Positions 39,601 to 52,559 of a stretch of DNA of 63,515 nt are shown here, one piece after another; position 1 is the first letter of the stretch, and each line of letters opens with the position of its first letter. This stretch comes from Fonticula alba ATCC 38817 (taxonomy: Eukaryota; Protista; Nucleariida): NCBI GenBank assembly GCA_000388065.2, contig KB932208.1. The stretch is one strand, 5' to 3'. The notes below the pieces were generated by a model. The model saw nothing but the letters and a program-made list of their open reading frames with translations, was not told where the DNA came from and searched no databases. A program made the position numbers and the translations under genes.

Positions 39601-40994
39601 GCCTCAGCGACCTCAGTCTCGGTGACCTCAGTCTCGGTGACCTCAGTCTCGGTGACCTCAGTCTCGGTGACCTCAGTCTCGGTGACCTCAGTCTCGGTCT
39701 CGGCGGCTTCGGTGACTTCAGTGACCTCAGTGACTTCAGTGACTTCAGCAGCCTCGGCAGACTCAGCAACCTCAGCAGCCTCAGCAGCCTCGGCAGCCTC
39801 AGCAGCCTCAGTGACCTCAGTCTCGGCGACCTCAGCGACCTCAGCGACCTCAGCGACCTCAGCGACCTCAGCGACCTCGGTAGCCTCAGCAGCCTCAGCA
39901 GCCTCAGCAGCCTCAGCAGCCTCGGCAACTTCAGAGGTAAGATCAGCCTTGACCTCGGTGCTGATGTCGATCTCAGCGTCAGAGACAACACCATCCTCGG
40001 CAGCAGCCTCGGCCTCGGTGGCATCAGCGGCCTCGGACTCGGCAGTCTCGACATCCTGGGTCTCAGCCTCGACCTCAGACATGTCAACAGGCTCCGCGCT
40101 AACTTCATCGATTTCGGCACCAGCATCGGCAACAATCTCAGGCTCGGTCATGACCTGAGCCCCAGCGTCAACATCAGCCCCAGCGTCCGCATGGCTGGTC
40201 TCAGTTCCAGCTGCTTCAGCGGTGGCCCCAGACTCGGAGTCAATTCCGGTGGCAGCCTCGGGATTCTCGGCCTTGTCGGCCTCAGAGATCTCGAGGGTTT
40301 CGCCACCAGCATCGGGCCCAGATGCCTCGGCCTCCTCGGCAGATTCGGTCACAGGCTGGCTCTCAGTCACGGGCTCGCTCTCAGTCACAACCTCGCTCTC
40401 GGACTCGGCCACAACCTCGTTCTCGGACTCGGCCACAACCTCGTTCTCGGACTCGGCCACAACCTCGCTCTCGGACTCGGCCACAGCCTCGCTCTCGGAC
40501 TCAGACTCAAGGGAGATGGAAGGGTGGATACCTGAATTGGGCGTGTCGACGGAGATAATTTCGGCGCCTGGGCGTGGGAGGAAAGACGGAGGAAGGGGTA
40601 AGTTAAGTCAGTCAGTGGCGGCGGGGAGCCATCGAGAACAAAGGAAGAGAAGACGAAGGGGGAAGGGAGGCGGGGGGAGGGAGGGAGGGAGGGAGGGAGC
40701 GCACTCGGCTGCGCGATGACCTCCACCGAAGGGGCCGCCTCGTCGGCGACCTCGGCCGCCACAGGGACATTCTCATTCTCCTGCTCGCTGATCATCTCAA
40801 ACCCGGACTCGCTGCCGGGAGAGCTGGGCTGGAAATCTGAGGGACATCAGGCAAAATGGCCAGGGGGTCAGCACGCGGGCGAGGGATTCCACGCAGCGGA
40901 AGGGCACACACGCACCGCCATCCTCGAACTGATTGTCATCGTGGGGTGAGCTCGCTGGCGAGGGGGAGCCTTGCATATCGTCAAGGGGGCTCAT
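36692..40994 (-). CDS. GET2: GET2/CAML-like tail-anchored-protein insertase subunit with apparent giant acidic repeat N-terminal extension; 3' end in gap
   Basis: MSPAQRSAQRRRERLLRNSESRMQRILG (from 37420) matches the conserved CAML/Get2 N-terminal motif, followed by a flexible linker and a first TM (ITFLFVAAGFILAWA). Upstream exons 40994-40916, 40836-40705 and 40567-37560 splice in phase to 37470. Confidence 0.72.
38270..39930 (-). repeat. Coding minisatellite of 9/15-nt units (GCTGAGGTC, ACTGAGGTC, ACTGAGACT) encoding AEV/TEV/TET repeats; includes gap 39333-39572
   Basis: Direct reading: cctcagcga/cctcagtga/ctcagtctc iterated for about 1.6 kb. Confidence 0.92.
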
Positions 40995-42359
40995 GACAGA
41001 GGGCAATGCACCAAGGCGCGAGGGCGAAAAGGTATGGACGTGGAGCAGGTGCGCAACAGGTGGGAGGGCGGAAAGTAGACGGGAGGAGGGGGGCGGGGGA
41101 TGGGCGGGGCGGGGAGAATGGAGGGAAGGAGGGGGATGGGTGCAGGGGTGCGCCAGACGGCCGCTCCGAGTCGGGAGCACTTTTGAGCGGTCCCCCGTCC
41201 GCGCATCCTCCCGCCGCAAGGTGCGGATGGAGCAAGAGCAGGCAACAGGAAGGGGGCCAGTGCGAGATACGCGAGACGTCGTGCTTTCGAGCATCATCTC
41301 ATGTCCTTGCTGGACAAACGCCCCCCCCGGCCTCAGCNNNNNNNNNNNNNNNNNNNNNNNNNNNNNNNNNNNNNNNNNNNNNNNNNNNNNNNNNNNNNNN
41401 NNNNNNNNNNNNNNNNNNNNNNNNNNNNNNNNNNNNNNNNNNNNNNNNNNNCCTGGACTGGTGCGCAGTCATCTTTTGTCCCCTTGACTCGCTCTCCGTG
41501 CTGCCTTTTTCCCTTCCCACTCATGGCCCCCCCCCCCCCCCCGCGGTAGTCGCCGCAGCCGCCGCCGCAAGAACAGGGGGCAAATGCTCGTCCCTTTGTT
41601 AAATAAAATGCCGCAGATCGATCAGATGGTTGCCAGAGCATGTGCGTGGCCTCCCGGGCGCCGGCAATGTCACGTGTATCTATATTGTGGGTGATGCCCA
41701 CTCCGGCCCGAGCCCCCCAGGCGCCCCCGATCCGGAACGCGCGCTGTCAAGCCAAGCAGGTCCGACGCGCCGGCCTGCCCATCTGAATGATGTCCATATT
41801 CCAGGCCACGGCCAACCGGCTCACTGATTGCGCTTGCCTTGTGGCGGCCTGGCGTGGTGGGACCCCCCCGCGCGCACACACACACACACGCTCACAGGCC
41901 CCGATTGGGCCCTTTCGGTCTCCGCCCCCCCCTCCCCCCCCTCTCCGGCCTCCCGCGTCCGGTCACTCTCCTCGCACAGGCAAGAGAGGGCCGGCAGGCA
42001 AGGGACGACGCACTGGAAAGAAGCCAAGGGCAGTTGTGTCTGCCCCGTGCGACCGGGCCGAGTAGAGCTCCTTTGCCCACGGCACCATCGCGGCGGCCAG
42101 TACCCAACGAGCCGGGTGCCCCCGGTAGATTGGGAAACCGTCGCGCGGGCGAACGTGCAGCCTCGCCGGCACAACTGTGCAGTCGGCGAGGGAGATTGTG
42201 GCCAAGGGCAAAGCGCCTGCCAGGCATCCTGGATGCGCCATGGGCTCGCCGACCGAAGTTGCTTCTCCCTGCGGCAGGGTACATGAGCGGACATGGCCCT
42301 ATCCGTGTCTGGAGGCGGCCATACCTGCGGCTCTTGGGGATCCCCCTCCCGCGCCCGCC

Positions 42360-42400
<41 letters not shown>

Positions 42401-43137
42401 GTGGGGGTAGATGTTAAGCACGCCCGGCCGCCGGCGGAAAGGGCAGCCCTTTCCCCTGCCGCGAATGGCCGAGGATCCAGGCAGGACGGCCGCCGGCGAG
42501 GGGGGGATAAATCCACGAGCGATACCCGGTCCGACCGCCATGGGATCTTGGTCGGGTGGCGCGGCCGAGAGATGCCACGCAAGTTGTATCCGCGGGGGGG
42601 CGGGGGGGGGGCTCCGGGCCGGGCGCCGCACCCGGAGTCCATCCAAAAGGGCGGCCCCTTCGGCCTCCTGACTCGATGTGTGCTCATCCAGCCGGGGCCC
42701 CTGTGCATGAGCGTGGTCGCGCTGCGCAGGGCGCGGCGGAAATATTCCACTGCCCCTCATATGGAGTCCGTTCCAGATCGCCAGAGGGGGCAAGGCCCGG
42801 TCCCCTTGGTGGCCGCGGCAGCTGGACACCCCGGTGCCTTGGGGGGCCTATGGCAAAGGCACCCGCCTCCTGCGAGGTCCCCCCACACACCCACACCCAC
42901 ACACTCACACGGTTCAAAGGGCAAGGACGGCACTATTAACAGCGAGGGAGGCAATTAATTTGCCCTTCCCTTGGCGGGTCCTGACCCGGGGGCCTTGGTG
43001 GAAGGACGACCCGGTGGCGCCCCGGCCTGCGCACATCTGGCAGCCTTTTTCGGGCGCGCGCGCGCGTGTGTGCGCGCGCGCATCACCGACGAGGATGGTG
43101 CTGCTTTTCCGGGGATCGGGGCCGAGTTGCTTGGTCA

Positions 43138-43156
43138 AGCCAGCCAGCCGGCCGGC

Positions 43157-43225
<69 letters not shown>
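43138..43225. repeat. (CAGC)n tetranucleotide microsatellite
   Basis: About 22 units, one short CCGG interruption. Confidence 0.88.
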
Positions 43226-46144
43226 GTTGTGGCGCCAGATCCGACATTGGCCGGTGCAACGGTCCTCCGGCACACCTTACGCGGGGCTGTCTCGGCCCCT
43301 TCTTCGGGACCGCCCTCCTACTCGCCGCCACCGCCGCCCTGGACTCATGTGGGTCACGGCCTCCAAAGTGGCTCCAGAGCTGAACCTCCGCCCCCCCCCC
43401 CTCATGCCCATGACCCGACTGGGTAGAGGAGCAGACTCTCCAGACGGCCGACCAACCGTGCCTTTCGCTGACGGTCAAGGGGCCAGCCGCGCATCCTCTC
43501 GGGCGCGCCTTCCGGTACTGGTGCTCAGGTGGCGGCAGGCAGGGGCTATGCACCGCATTCAGGGTCCCGGGGGCAAATCCGGTCCTCCCAGAAGCGGCAC
43601 TCCTCGCCGTAGAATAACCTTGCATTCGAGCGAAGCCCATGCTCGCACACGCACATGCGTCTTTGTACGGCCGTGAGGTGGGCCGCGGGCTCTTGCGCCA
43701 CCCGAGTCGCATGCACAAGCCTTGTCCGTGCGAGCACCCCCCCCCCCCCCCACACACACACACATACATACACGCACGTGCTTCCCCAAAGTGACAGCGA
43801 ATCCCCCTCTATTCCTACGTGCAAGATCCCCACAGACCGGGCGACCTGGGTCCTGGATGGGGGGGGGGGGGGGGGGGCAGGAGAGTGGTGCCGGCGAGGA
43901 GGACACCCGGCCTGGCTCGGAAGCAGCCCTTGGTGAGACGCCCGGGGGATGCTAAGGAGGCCGAAGATGGTTCCATCGCGTCATGTGTTCCCGAGCAGCC
44001 CCTGAGAGATGGATATGTGTTGCGCGATTTGACTCTGCCCATTCGCCAAGGCCGATCTGGCGGCCGATCCAGCGTTGTGCATCCCCGGACGCGACACTGC
44101 TGGCGACTGGGGTGGCGATGACAGGTGCATGACCTTGCGCGCGCGCGCGCGCGCGCGCGATCGCGCTCAGGGCGTCTGGCAGGCTTGGACGCCTGCGCCA
44201 AGGCCGCGTGCTTTCGACGCCAAGCGGCAGCACGCTCCCCCCTGCGGCTCCCTGCCGCGCATAGGTTTACTGGTGGATGGGGAGGCCCCGCCTCCCGGCC
44301 AGTCGGCAGAGAGGGGGCCATCTAGCGCACGGCAGAGCATGGTACAGGCGTGCGCTCGTGTGGCGGGGGCCCGGTGCACCGGCAACACTGGCGGCCCTCG
44401 GGCTGTGAGAAATTCAAGCGAGTTGGACAGGGGGCTGGCCGGGGAATTCGCACGGCCCGCACACCCGATGGCGAAGGCCCTCCTCGTCCCCCCCCCCACC
44501 CCACCCCACCCCACCCCCCAGCGGGCTGCGCACCTCGCCGGACGTTTCTGCCTCTAGAATGCGTCTTCCTGTGCTGCGCCTCGCCCGCTGATTTCACGCC
44601 TCCCATGCCAGGCCTCGGGCCAGGACCTGGCTCCCCGCGCCAAGACCATGCCCTTCAGACGTGCGGGTGTTGCACCACCCAGATCGCCGGTCGAACATTG
44701 CCCTGGTGGGTGTATGTGCGTGGGAGTGTCACTTCGCGCATGTGCTGCCGCCAAGACCTCCCCCCCCCCCCCCCCCCCGCACTCGCGCCCCGCACCCGCT
44801 GCGGCCGCCTCAGCCCCAGGGAAGATCAATGTGAAAGGCCCTCGGTAGGGGGGTCATGCTGGGGGCTTTTGGGCTCGTTCCTGGAGGATCTTGCCCCTGG
44901 CACAACCTCCTGCCCGTATTAATGACCGGGGACTTTCAGCTCCCCGCCTGGCCCGGCCCTGGCTCACCTGCCCCTCCTTGGCGGATCTCAGCCTTTCGGG
45001 CAGGACACGCAGCTTGACGAGCTCAAAACAGATTGCACGGCCCTGGAAAGTGCCAGGAAGAGACGCCTGCGCACGGGCACACACGCATGTGTAAGGGCCA
45101 GGGCTGCCATTTAGTTGCCGGTGGGCCGATTCGCCCCCGGCCCCCCTCCTCCTTGGGTGGACGCAAGGAAGGGGGGGCTGCTGGGGGAACAGGCATGGCC
45201 TCAGGCATGCTCCCAGCCGGCCCGTGTGCCCCCCGCCCCCCGCCCCCATCTCAGCTCAGCCCACTCGCGCCCCTGGGTACAAGACGCCCTCACCACGCCA
45301 CCATCAGTGGGAGCCTCCCCCGCCAACACTCGCCCAGGACCAGGCAATCGCCCGCAATGATACGTTGCCGGGACCTGGCCCGGGCAGCATCATTACCGGC
45401 ATGGCGAGGCGCCGAAAGGGACTGATCGTGCGGTGCGCTGCCCCACGCCGTGTGTGGAATGCCTCGCCGCGACTCCCCCCTGTGCCCTTCCTCCCCCCCG
45501 GGGGCGGGGGAGGGGGGGGGGGGGGGGGGGGCAAGCCGGAGCCGAGGCGCGGGAGAGGCGGGAGGGGGCACATCCATCACGGCGTCGCGAAGGGCCGGGC
45601 AATGTGCCATCGTGCGCCGCACTTCTGCCCCATTTCCCGGCTGAGTGATCTTCCGCAACGTGCGCCGCACCTGACACACGCGGCGGCTATAAAGGCATCC
45701 AGAGTGGCCGTTCCCTCGGTAGGAGGTCATGAAGACCCTTTGCCCCTGCCTTCCTCCCTCTCCAAGACCACACTTCATGCACCTTTCCCGCCTGCCTGCC
45801 TGCCCAGCCACACACCACCGCCTCGACTTCCATTGAGCCTCCTTTTCTCCTCCGCCCCCGGCAAGAGCGAGCACGTTCACGCTTCCGCGTGTACGTCCAC
45901 ATCCAATGCCCACCCCTCATGTGCCTTCCTCGGCGCACTCAGGCTCCACAATGGGCCACCGGGGTGGGACGCTTGAGAGGCTGCAAGAGATCCAGCGAAA
46001 GAGGGAGAGCCAGGGAGAGAGATGCAAGAAGAGCAACGAGAAGAAGAGAGATACAGGGCAGGAAAGCACGAAAAGAGCAAGCCGAAAGACTCACCCAACA
46101 ACATCATAACGCCTCGCCCCCTCCCCCCCCCCCCCCCCCCCAGT

Positions 46145-47548
46145 ATGGATCCCAGCTCGGGACACCATCCAGAGCCGCAGCTTCTCTTCATGAACGATCG
46201 GGGTCTTGTCAGCGGCCTGCCACTGCTGCACCCGGCACCGGGCCTGGCCAACGGGCTGCTGCCCCTCCCCGCGATTCCAACCATGCTTACTTCGCAGCCC
46301 CAGGCCACTCTGCCACTGCAAGCTCAGCACTTCCCGCAACACCACCACCACCACCACCACCAGCCGCAGCTGCAGCCGCAGCCGCAGCCGCACCAGCAAC
46401 AGCAACTGGCCCTGACGCACACCTACAATCTGGACATCATCAACGAGCAGCCCCTCGAGTCGGTAGTTCAGCTGACAGATGATGACATCTGGAATGGCCT
46501 TCGCCGATCCTGGGACCCGAGCCACACCCTCCTGGCCCTCGGGATTCTGGCGGAACTGCGCTCTGTCATGCGTTCCGGGTGCGCCTCTTCCGCATGTGCG
46601 AGGGAGATACATAGTTATATATATACAGGGCTTTTGGAGATGCCTGCCTCCTTTCGGCCCGGCAGGGGGCCCACTCGCGAGAGGGCCCCCCCTTCCGCCC
46701 CCCGCCCCCGCGCCAATATGCGATCCAAAGTGGCTGACATGGCAATTCCACCACATGGGCATTCCCCACGGCAAGCAGTCGTGAGCGCATCGAGAGCGTC
46801 CTCTTTAACTTCGACAAAGTCCAGGACCAAGTCCTCCGCTCGGGATACCGCGCCCTGCAGGTTGAGGGAGGCGGCGGCACCACCCCGGCGGCCGCCGGGG
46901 CCACGCCAGCGGACTCCAGCGAGGCCAAGATCCCCATCGGGATGTATTACCAGAATTTGGCAGTCTTCGCGGCGGATCTCCACATCCGCCTGAGCTCGCT
47001 GCTCATCCAGTCCTTCTCCTCCTCGGCCGCCCTCATCGGGAGCCCGTTCTGCTCGCTTGCCGACAACCCGGCGGCCGCCGTCGTGGAGGCCGGGCATGCG
47101 GCCTTCCGCCTTGCTGCTGGCGCCGCCGAGGCAGCCCACCAGTCCGGGTACGCACATGCGGCCCACCATCCTGCTAGACTCTGTCCTTCTGCCCTCGCCA
47201 CATGCGCATGGCGCAGCCCCCCGCTTTTGGCTCCTGCGCTCTGACACCGGTGGACCTGTGCTCGCCCTTTCCCGATTCCCGATTCCCGATTCCCGATTGC
47301 CCCTCCCCCGGGCCAATCCATGTCGGCCACGAACACACGGCCCCTTGACGTAACCCAAGTCTCGACCGGAGCTGCCAAGTGATGCTGACCTTCGCGCGCC
47401 ACGCCTTCTGCGCGGCTCTCCCCCCGGGCCAGGGCGACATTGTCTGGGCCCTGGGCCAGGCCCTGTGCGAGCGGTACTTGGCCCTGCGCCTTGGCAAGGC
47501 CTCGGGCAGCGGATCCGGCGTTGGGGGTGCCACCATCACCACCACCAT

Positions 47549-47590
<42 letters not shown>

Positions 47591-49711
47591 CAGCAGTGGC
47601 AGCAGTGGCACTGGCCTCGCGGTTGTGGATGCCTGCCGCACGCGCGACATCTCCCCCTCAGAAAGTCTGAAACTGGAGCAGGACCTTCGAGCCGGAGGCA
47701 GTGCCCTGCATGGGCGCCGGTGCCCGGCATCAGCCGCGGCCGCGGCCGCCGGCGAGTCCAGCCCCCCGCTTGCCGAGCTGAATGCCACCCTCAAGCTCCT
47801 GGACCGGGAGGCCCTCCGGCGCCTGGGCCTGGGACAAACCTGCCCGAACTTCTTCTCCGAGGGCTCTTACGACCCGTACCACCGGCTTCTCCCCGGCGCG
47901 GGGGGGCCGGCCTCGGCCGGCGGCACAATGGCCGCCGCCGTCGTCGCCGGCCATGGCAGCCTCCACAGCAGCATGGCCCCCGGCGGGGGGGGCCACTTCC
48001 ACCACGCCGCCTACCATGCCCCCCACCACCACCACCACCACCACCCCCACGCCCACCAGCTCCACCCACCGCACCATGACCACCAGACCCTGGCCGAATG
48101 CTACGCCCGCTTCGCCGGGACCATCGTCGCCGCCGCCGCCGCCGGCCGGACAGCCTCCCCATCCCCTGGCAGCAAGGTATGCCCACAACGACACACCCGG
48201 CCGCGGCGTCGTCGCCGCACGCGCCCGCCCCCGGGCGGACACCGCGCCAGAACGCATGGGGCGGGACTCCAGTTCAGTGTTCTATTAAGACTTCTGGACA
48301 TTAACTCGATCGCAGCTTGCTGGCTTGGCCGATCCCGGCCGCGTGGTGGGCCTCCGGCGCCTGGCCTTCGACTTCGGGGACTTTGAGAGCCGTACGTCAG
48401 CATGCGCGTGTGCGGCGTCCAGGCCGTGTGGGGTGTTCCCCTTTTCCTGGCATTTCTTTTTTTTTTCCGGCCATCCATACATTGCGCTCGGCGGTGGGGG
48501 GGCAGGGGAGGACCCTTCTCTCCCCTTGTCACTGGACTGTCCATGGCCGCATTGCCGAGCCTGCCAGCGGCCATCTAACTCCCGGTGCCGTGGCGGCTCC
48601 TTTGCCCGGCAGAATGCTTCCATGACACTTTTAAACGTGCCGCCGGCGGGTCGCTCTCCGTCAAGCGGCGGAACTCCGGCGAAGCGGCGCCCCCCGAGAA
48701 GCTGGCCAAGTCCCGGCGTCTTTCGGTCGTTCCCCCGGGCGGCGGCGGTGCCGGGTCTGGTGGACCGTCCGGCGGAGGGGGCGCCACCTCCACCGCGGAC
48801 CCGGAGGACTTCTCCCATGACGAGCCGAACTCCATTGGCGAGACCCTGTCGGTGGAGTTCTACTCCAGCGACGCGCTCGAGGCCACGGACTACCTGGGCT
48901 CCTCGCATGAGGACTCCCCCGACAAGAGTGCGTCTGCGAGAAGACCCACCCCACGGGGGAGACACCACGCCAGGGAGACCGGTCGAGAGGGGCCCGGGGG
49001 GAGGAGGGGGAGCGGTGGGCAGTGTGTCACCATCGAGCGGGCTCCCGTCCCAGGCAGGCGGGAGAAGGAAATGACCCTGTCCTGGCACGCGCATGTCCCT
49101 TGCTGACCCCCGGTGTGTGTGTGTGTGTGTGTGTGTGCCATGCTGCGCCCCTTCTGCTGTCTCTCACTGCGGGACGGGCTAACGGCCGCTGGTGGCTCTC
49201 TGCTCTGTTCCTCTCTCTCTCTCTCTCGTCAGACAAGGCAGGTGTGGCCGGCGGAACGACGTCTTCCTCCAACCGCGGGCCGGTGGTGGGGATCGTTGCC
49301 GGCATCCGCCACCCGGAGGACCACGGCCGGCCTCTGATCAAGTGGAACTTCCTGGACACCTATAGACTGATCGAGGGCGCGACAAAGGTGCGTCTGGAGC
49401 CTGGCCTCCAGTGTCCCCGTTTTCGCCCAAGGGGGGATATGCCTTCCGCGCAACCCGAAAGCAGGGGTGGAGGGCGTGCAAGGGGCAGCCCTTTTGCCCG
49501 GGAGGCGGCAGCGGGGATGGGGGTCCTCCCTCTACGCTCCCGAAGCCCCCTGCTCAGCTCCGGACGAGGGAGCATGGAAGGGATCAAGAGCCGGGCATGA
49601 GACGCGCATGCATGCGTGCCTGTGTCTGTGGGGGGGGGGGAGGCGAGCAGCCAAGAAAGCAGCGCAAGTCAGCACCCATCCAACGGCTAACACCCCTCGG
49701 CGGCACATGAA

Positions 49712-49773
<62 letters not shown>

Positions 49774-51860
49774 AGCTCGGTACCAGCAGCTGGCAGCGCA
49801 TCTTCGACTCGCCGGAGTTCGGCTTCGCCCACCGGTCCAACCCGCCCTTCGCAGTGAGCATGCTGCGTGACCGGTGGAAGACCCTGCACAAGCGCTTCCT
49901 GCCCGACTCGTCCGAGGGCGGCGGCGGGCCGCCGAGCCTCGACGAGATGGACGCCGCTCGGGCGGTCGGCCTCGACGGCGACGGGGCCGACTACATGGCG
50001 TGGATTAAGATCCGCCGGGAGCGCCGCCGGCGCCTGGTGGTTCTGCTGCTGATGGCCGGCATCCAGGTCCCCTCGGAGTGTGAGACCTCGCGGCACTCGA
50101 CGCGCCGGGCGCGCGGGGGCGGGGGGTCGGGTGCGGCCGCGGCCGCGGCCGCCGCCGCCGCCCGCCGCAGCGTGGCCATCTCCACCGACGCCGAAGCACA
50201 CACGCTCCTGCGGGTGGCTCGGCTATATGCCTCGGAGACGCGCCTCGAACGGACCAAGCACCTGGCGGCGGCCGTCAGCGCCGGGGCGGACCTCGGTCGG
50301 CCGGTGACCATCGCCGTGCGCATGGCCTTCGAGGAGCGCGTGCTTGAGATGTCGGCCGCCTGTGTGCCGCTCTCGGGCGTGGTCGGCGGCTACTCCGGGG
50401 CCGGGGTGGTGGTTGGGGTTTCCGGCGCCGCGGCCGCCGCCGCGTCCAACATCAACTCCCAGCTCCTGTCCCGCGCCAACGAGCTGATCAATGTCATTCA
50501 GTCGGCCCTGCCGCGGGGGATCGCCGGTGCGGCCGGTGGTGGGCTCGGCAACGCCGGGCATGAGCACTTGCCGCCCGGCGGCGGGTCGGCCCTGATGCTG
50601 CCCCCCGTCGGCATGGTGGGCTCCGGTGGCGGTGCCCTGCACTCGTCACCCCTCAGCGGGGGCGGCATGGCCTTTGCCACGCCGGTGCCCCTGGCCCCTG
50701 GCGGGGGGCACTTCCCCGCAGGCTCGGCCTCTCCGTACAGCACCGGCGCCGGCGGGGCGCCGGCCGTAGGCGTGTCAGCGTCCTCTGCTGCTGCTGCCGC
50801 CGCCGCTGCCGCCGCCGCCGCTGCTGTTGCGAATCAGCAGCTCAGTAATTTTGACTCCTTGCCGGCGAGCGCCTCCATTCAGCCGGTGGTACGTCACTCT
50901 CTACCTCCCCGCCCTCTCTCTTGGACGTGTTTCACGTCTGCCTCCTCGCCCGAGAAAGAGAGAGAGAGAGAACCACATGGCGACGGAGGGGCGAGGGGGG
51001 GCAGGCCTGCTCAAATCTGCGTGAGAGAATATCATCGTGAAGCAGGGGCCACAGGGGGGGAGGGGGTGCGGGCGCGGGGCGCACCCGGGGCAAGGGGTCA
51101 GGGGGCTCCTGAGTCGGCGGCCCAACAGCAGTCGAAGGACAAATGCTCCGAGAAATGCCGGTCATTGACATCCATGCCTGCTTCCTGCTTTGCGTCCATC
51201 CCCCCCACGTCCTCGCTACTGTCTTATGACGGGATCTCGAAAACGGTGCCCGCTTTGTCTGTGTGTGTGTGTGTGTCGGGGGGCTGGCGCATGCGGCGTA
51301 CCTTGTCACTTCCCTGTTTGGATGCGCTGCCCTCCCTCGCCAGTGGGACTACCCCTCCCACGGCTCCCAGATCACCGTCCCCTCCTCCTCGGGCTTCGCC
51401 CACTCCCATAGACCGGTCGACCGCCGGGGGGGCGGGGACGACTCGTATGTGACCACCGCCGCCGCGGCCGAGTCCGCCACCGGGTACCACATGCGGGCCG
51501 AGATGGCGCCGAGTTTTGACAAGAATCCCCATCTGCAGCAGCAGCAGCAGCAGCAGCAGGCGGGCCACCTGCTTGCTGGCGGCAATAATGGCGGCTTGGA
51601 GGCAGTGGCCGAGGCGGCCACGGCCCTCGACCAGTACATTTCCCCGCATCAACATGTCCTCCACATGATTGGAGGTGCTGTGGCTGTGCACCAACACCAA
51701 CACCAGCAGCAGCAGCAGCACGTCGCCCACCACCAACAGCCTCCACTAATGCACGCTGTCCACTCGGTGGAAGGCGGCGGCGAAACGCACCAGCCGCAGC
51801 AGCTCCACGCCGGCCACAGCCACCCGGTCGGTGTGCATCTGCTCCACCACCACTCTCAGC

Positions 51861-51894
<34 letters not shown>

Positions 51895-51970
51895 CTCGCC
51901 GCACGCCGGGGGTGGATACTACGCCGAGGCGGAGACCGTGTCTGGGACCAATTTTCCCGAAACCATGTAA
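46145..51970 (+). CDS. Telobox-type Myb/SANT protein (TRF/Taz1/Tbf1-like) with helical N-terminal region and polyS/H/A/Q tracts, multi-exon
   Basis: KWNFLDTYRLIEGATK|LGTSSWQRIFDSPEFGFAHRSNPPFAVSMLRDRWKTLHK (49340-49895, intron 49388-49775) fits W..L..G..K.G...W..I...R....L(K/R)DRW. The whole-gene model is approximate and may comprise extra small exons. Confidence 0.68.
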
Positions 51971-52559
51971 CAGCCCGAATTCCCATCCACCGAATCGCCA
52001 CGCCTGTGAGCGCTCATGCGTATAAAGAACACACTTGGAGGCGTGTGGCGGGGTAGGTGCAGGGGCGTGGTGGCGCTTGTTACGCTGAAAAAATAAATCT
52101 AGACAACAACACCCAGGGCACCCCCCCCCCCTCCCACACACCCCGGCTCGACCATGGGGCAACACCCGGAGCTGACACACACGCGTAAGGCACACGTCTC
52201 CCCCTGAGGCCAGCCGCCTGGTTTTCTGGTCGAGCCCCAAAATTGAGGGGTGCACTGCTGTTGTTGCCTGCTTCCTTTTCCCCCCATCCGGAGAGGTGTG
52301 CTGGGGGGAGAAAGGGGGGTCGAGGGTCGAAAAGAGTGCGGCGGCCTACATTAATTGCGCTCCAGCGTGGCGGCAAGAGCGCACAGTGGTCCTGTTTCCC
52401 CGCGCACAAGGTGGGGCGCGGCCGCAACCGAGCCAACTGTAGGCGGGGGCGCCCTGCCAGGCCGAGGTGTGCGCCCAAAGGTAAGGGACCTGGGGGGGGG
52501 GGGGGGGGGGGGGGGGACTCAATCGAGGGAGGGTGGTTTGAAAGGAAAAAACCCGTGAG

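Noticed and set aside
38270-39930. Repeat array considered as CRISPR, satellite or transposon
   Set aside because: No unique spacers, eukaryotic context, and the units keep a reading frame within a spliced exon; no terminal repeats or transposase.
37592-40158. Plus-strand Ser/Thr-rich mucin/adhesin-like ORFs (TSATSV..) and the LSDLSD/RSLRSL frames
   Set aside because: Alternative readings of the same minisatellite. In-phase GT-AG splice sites and an ATG context support the minus-strand acidic frame; I found no signal peptide or splice logic for the plus strand.
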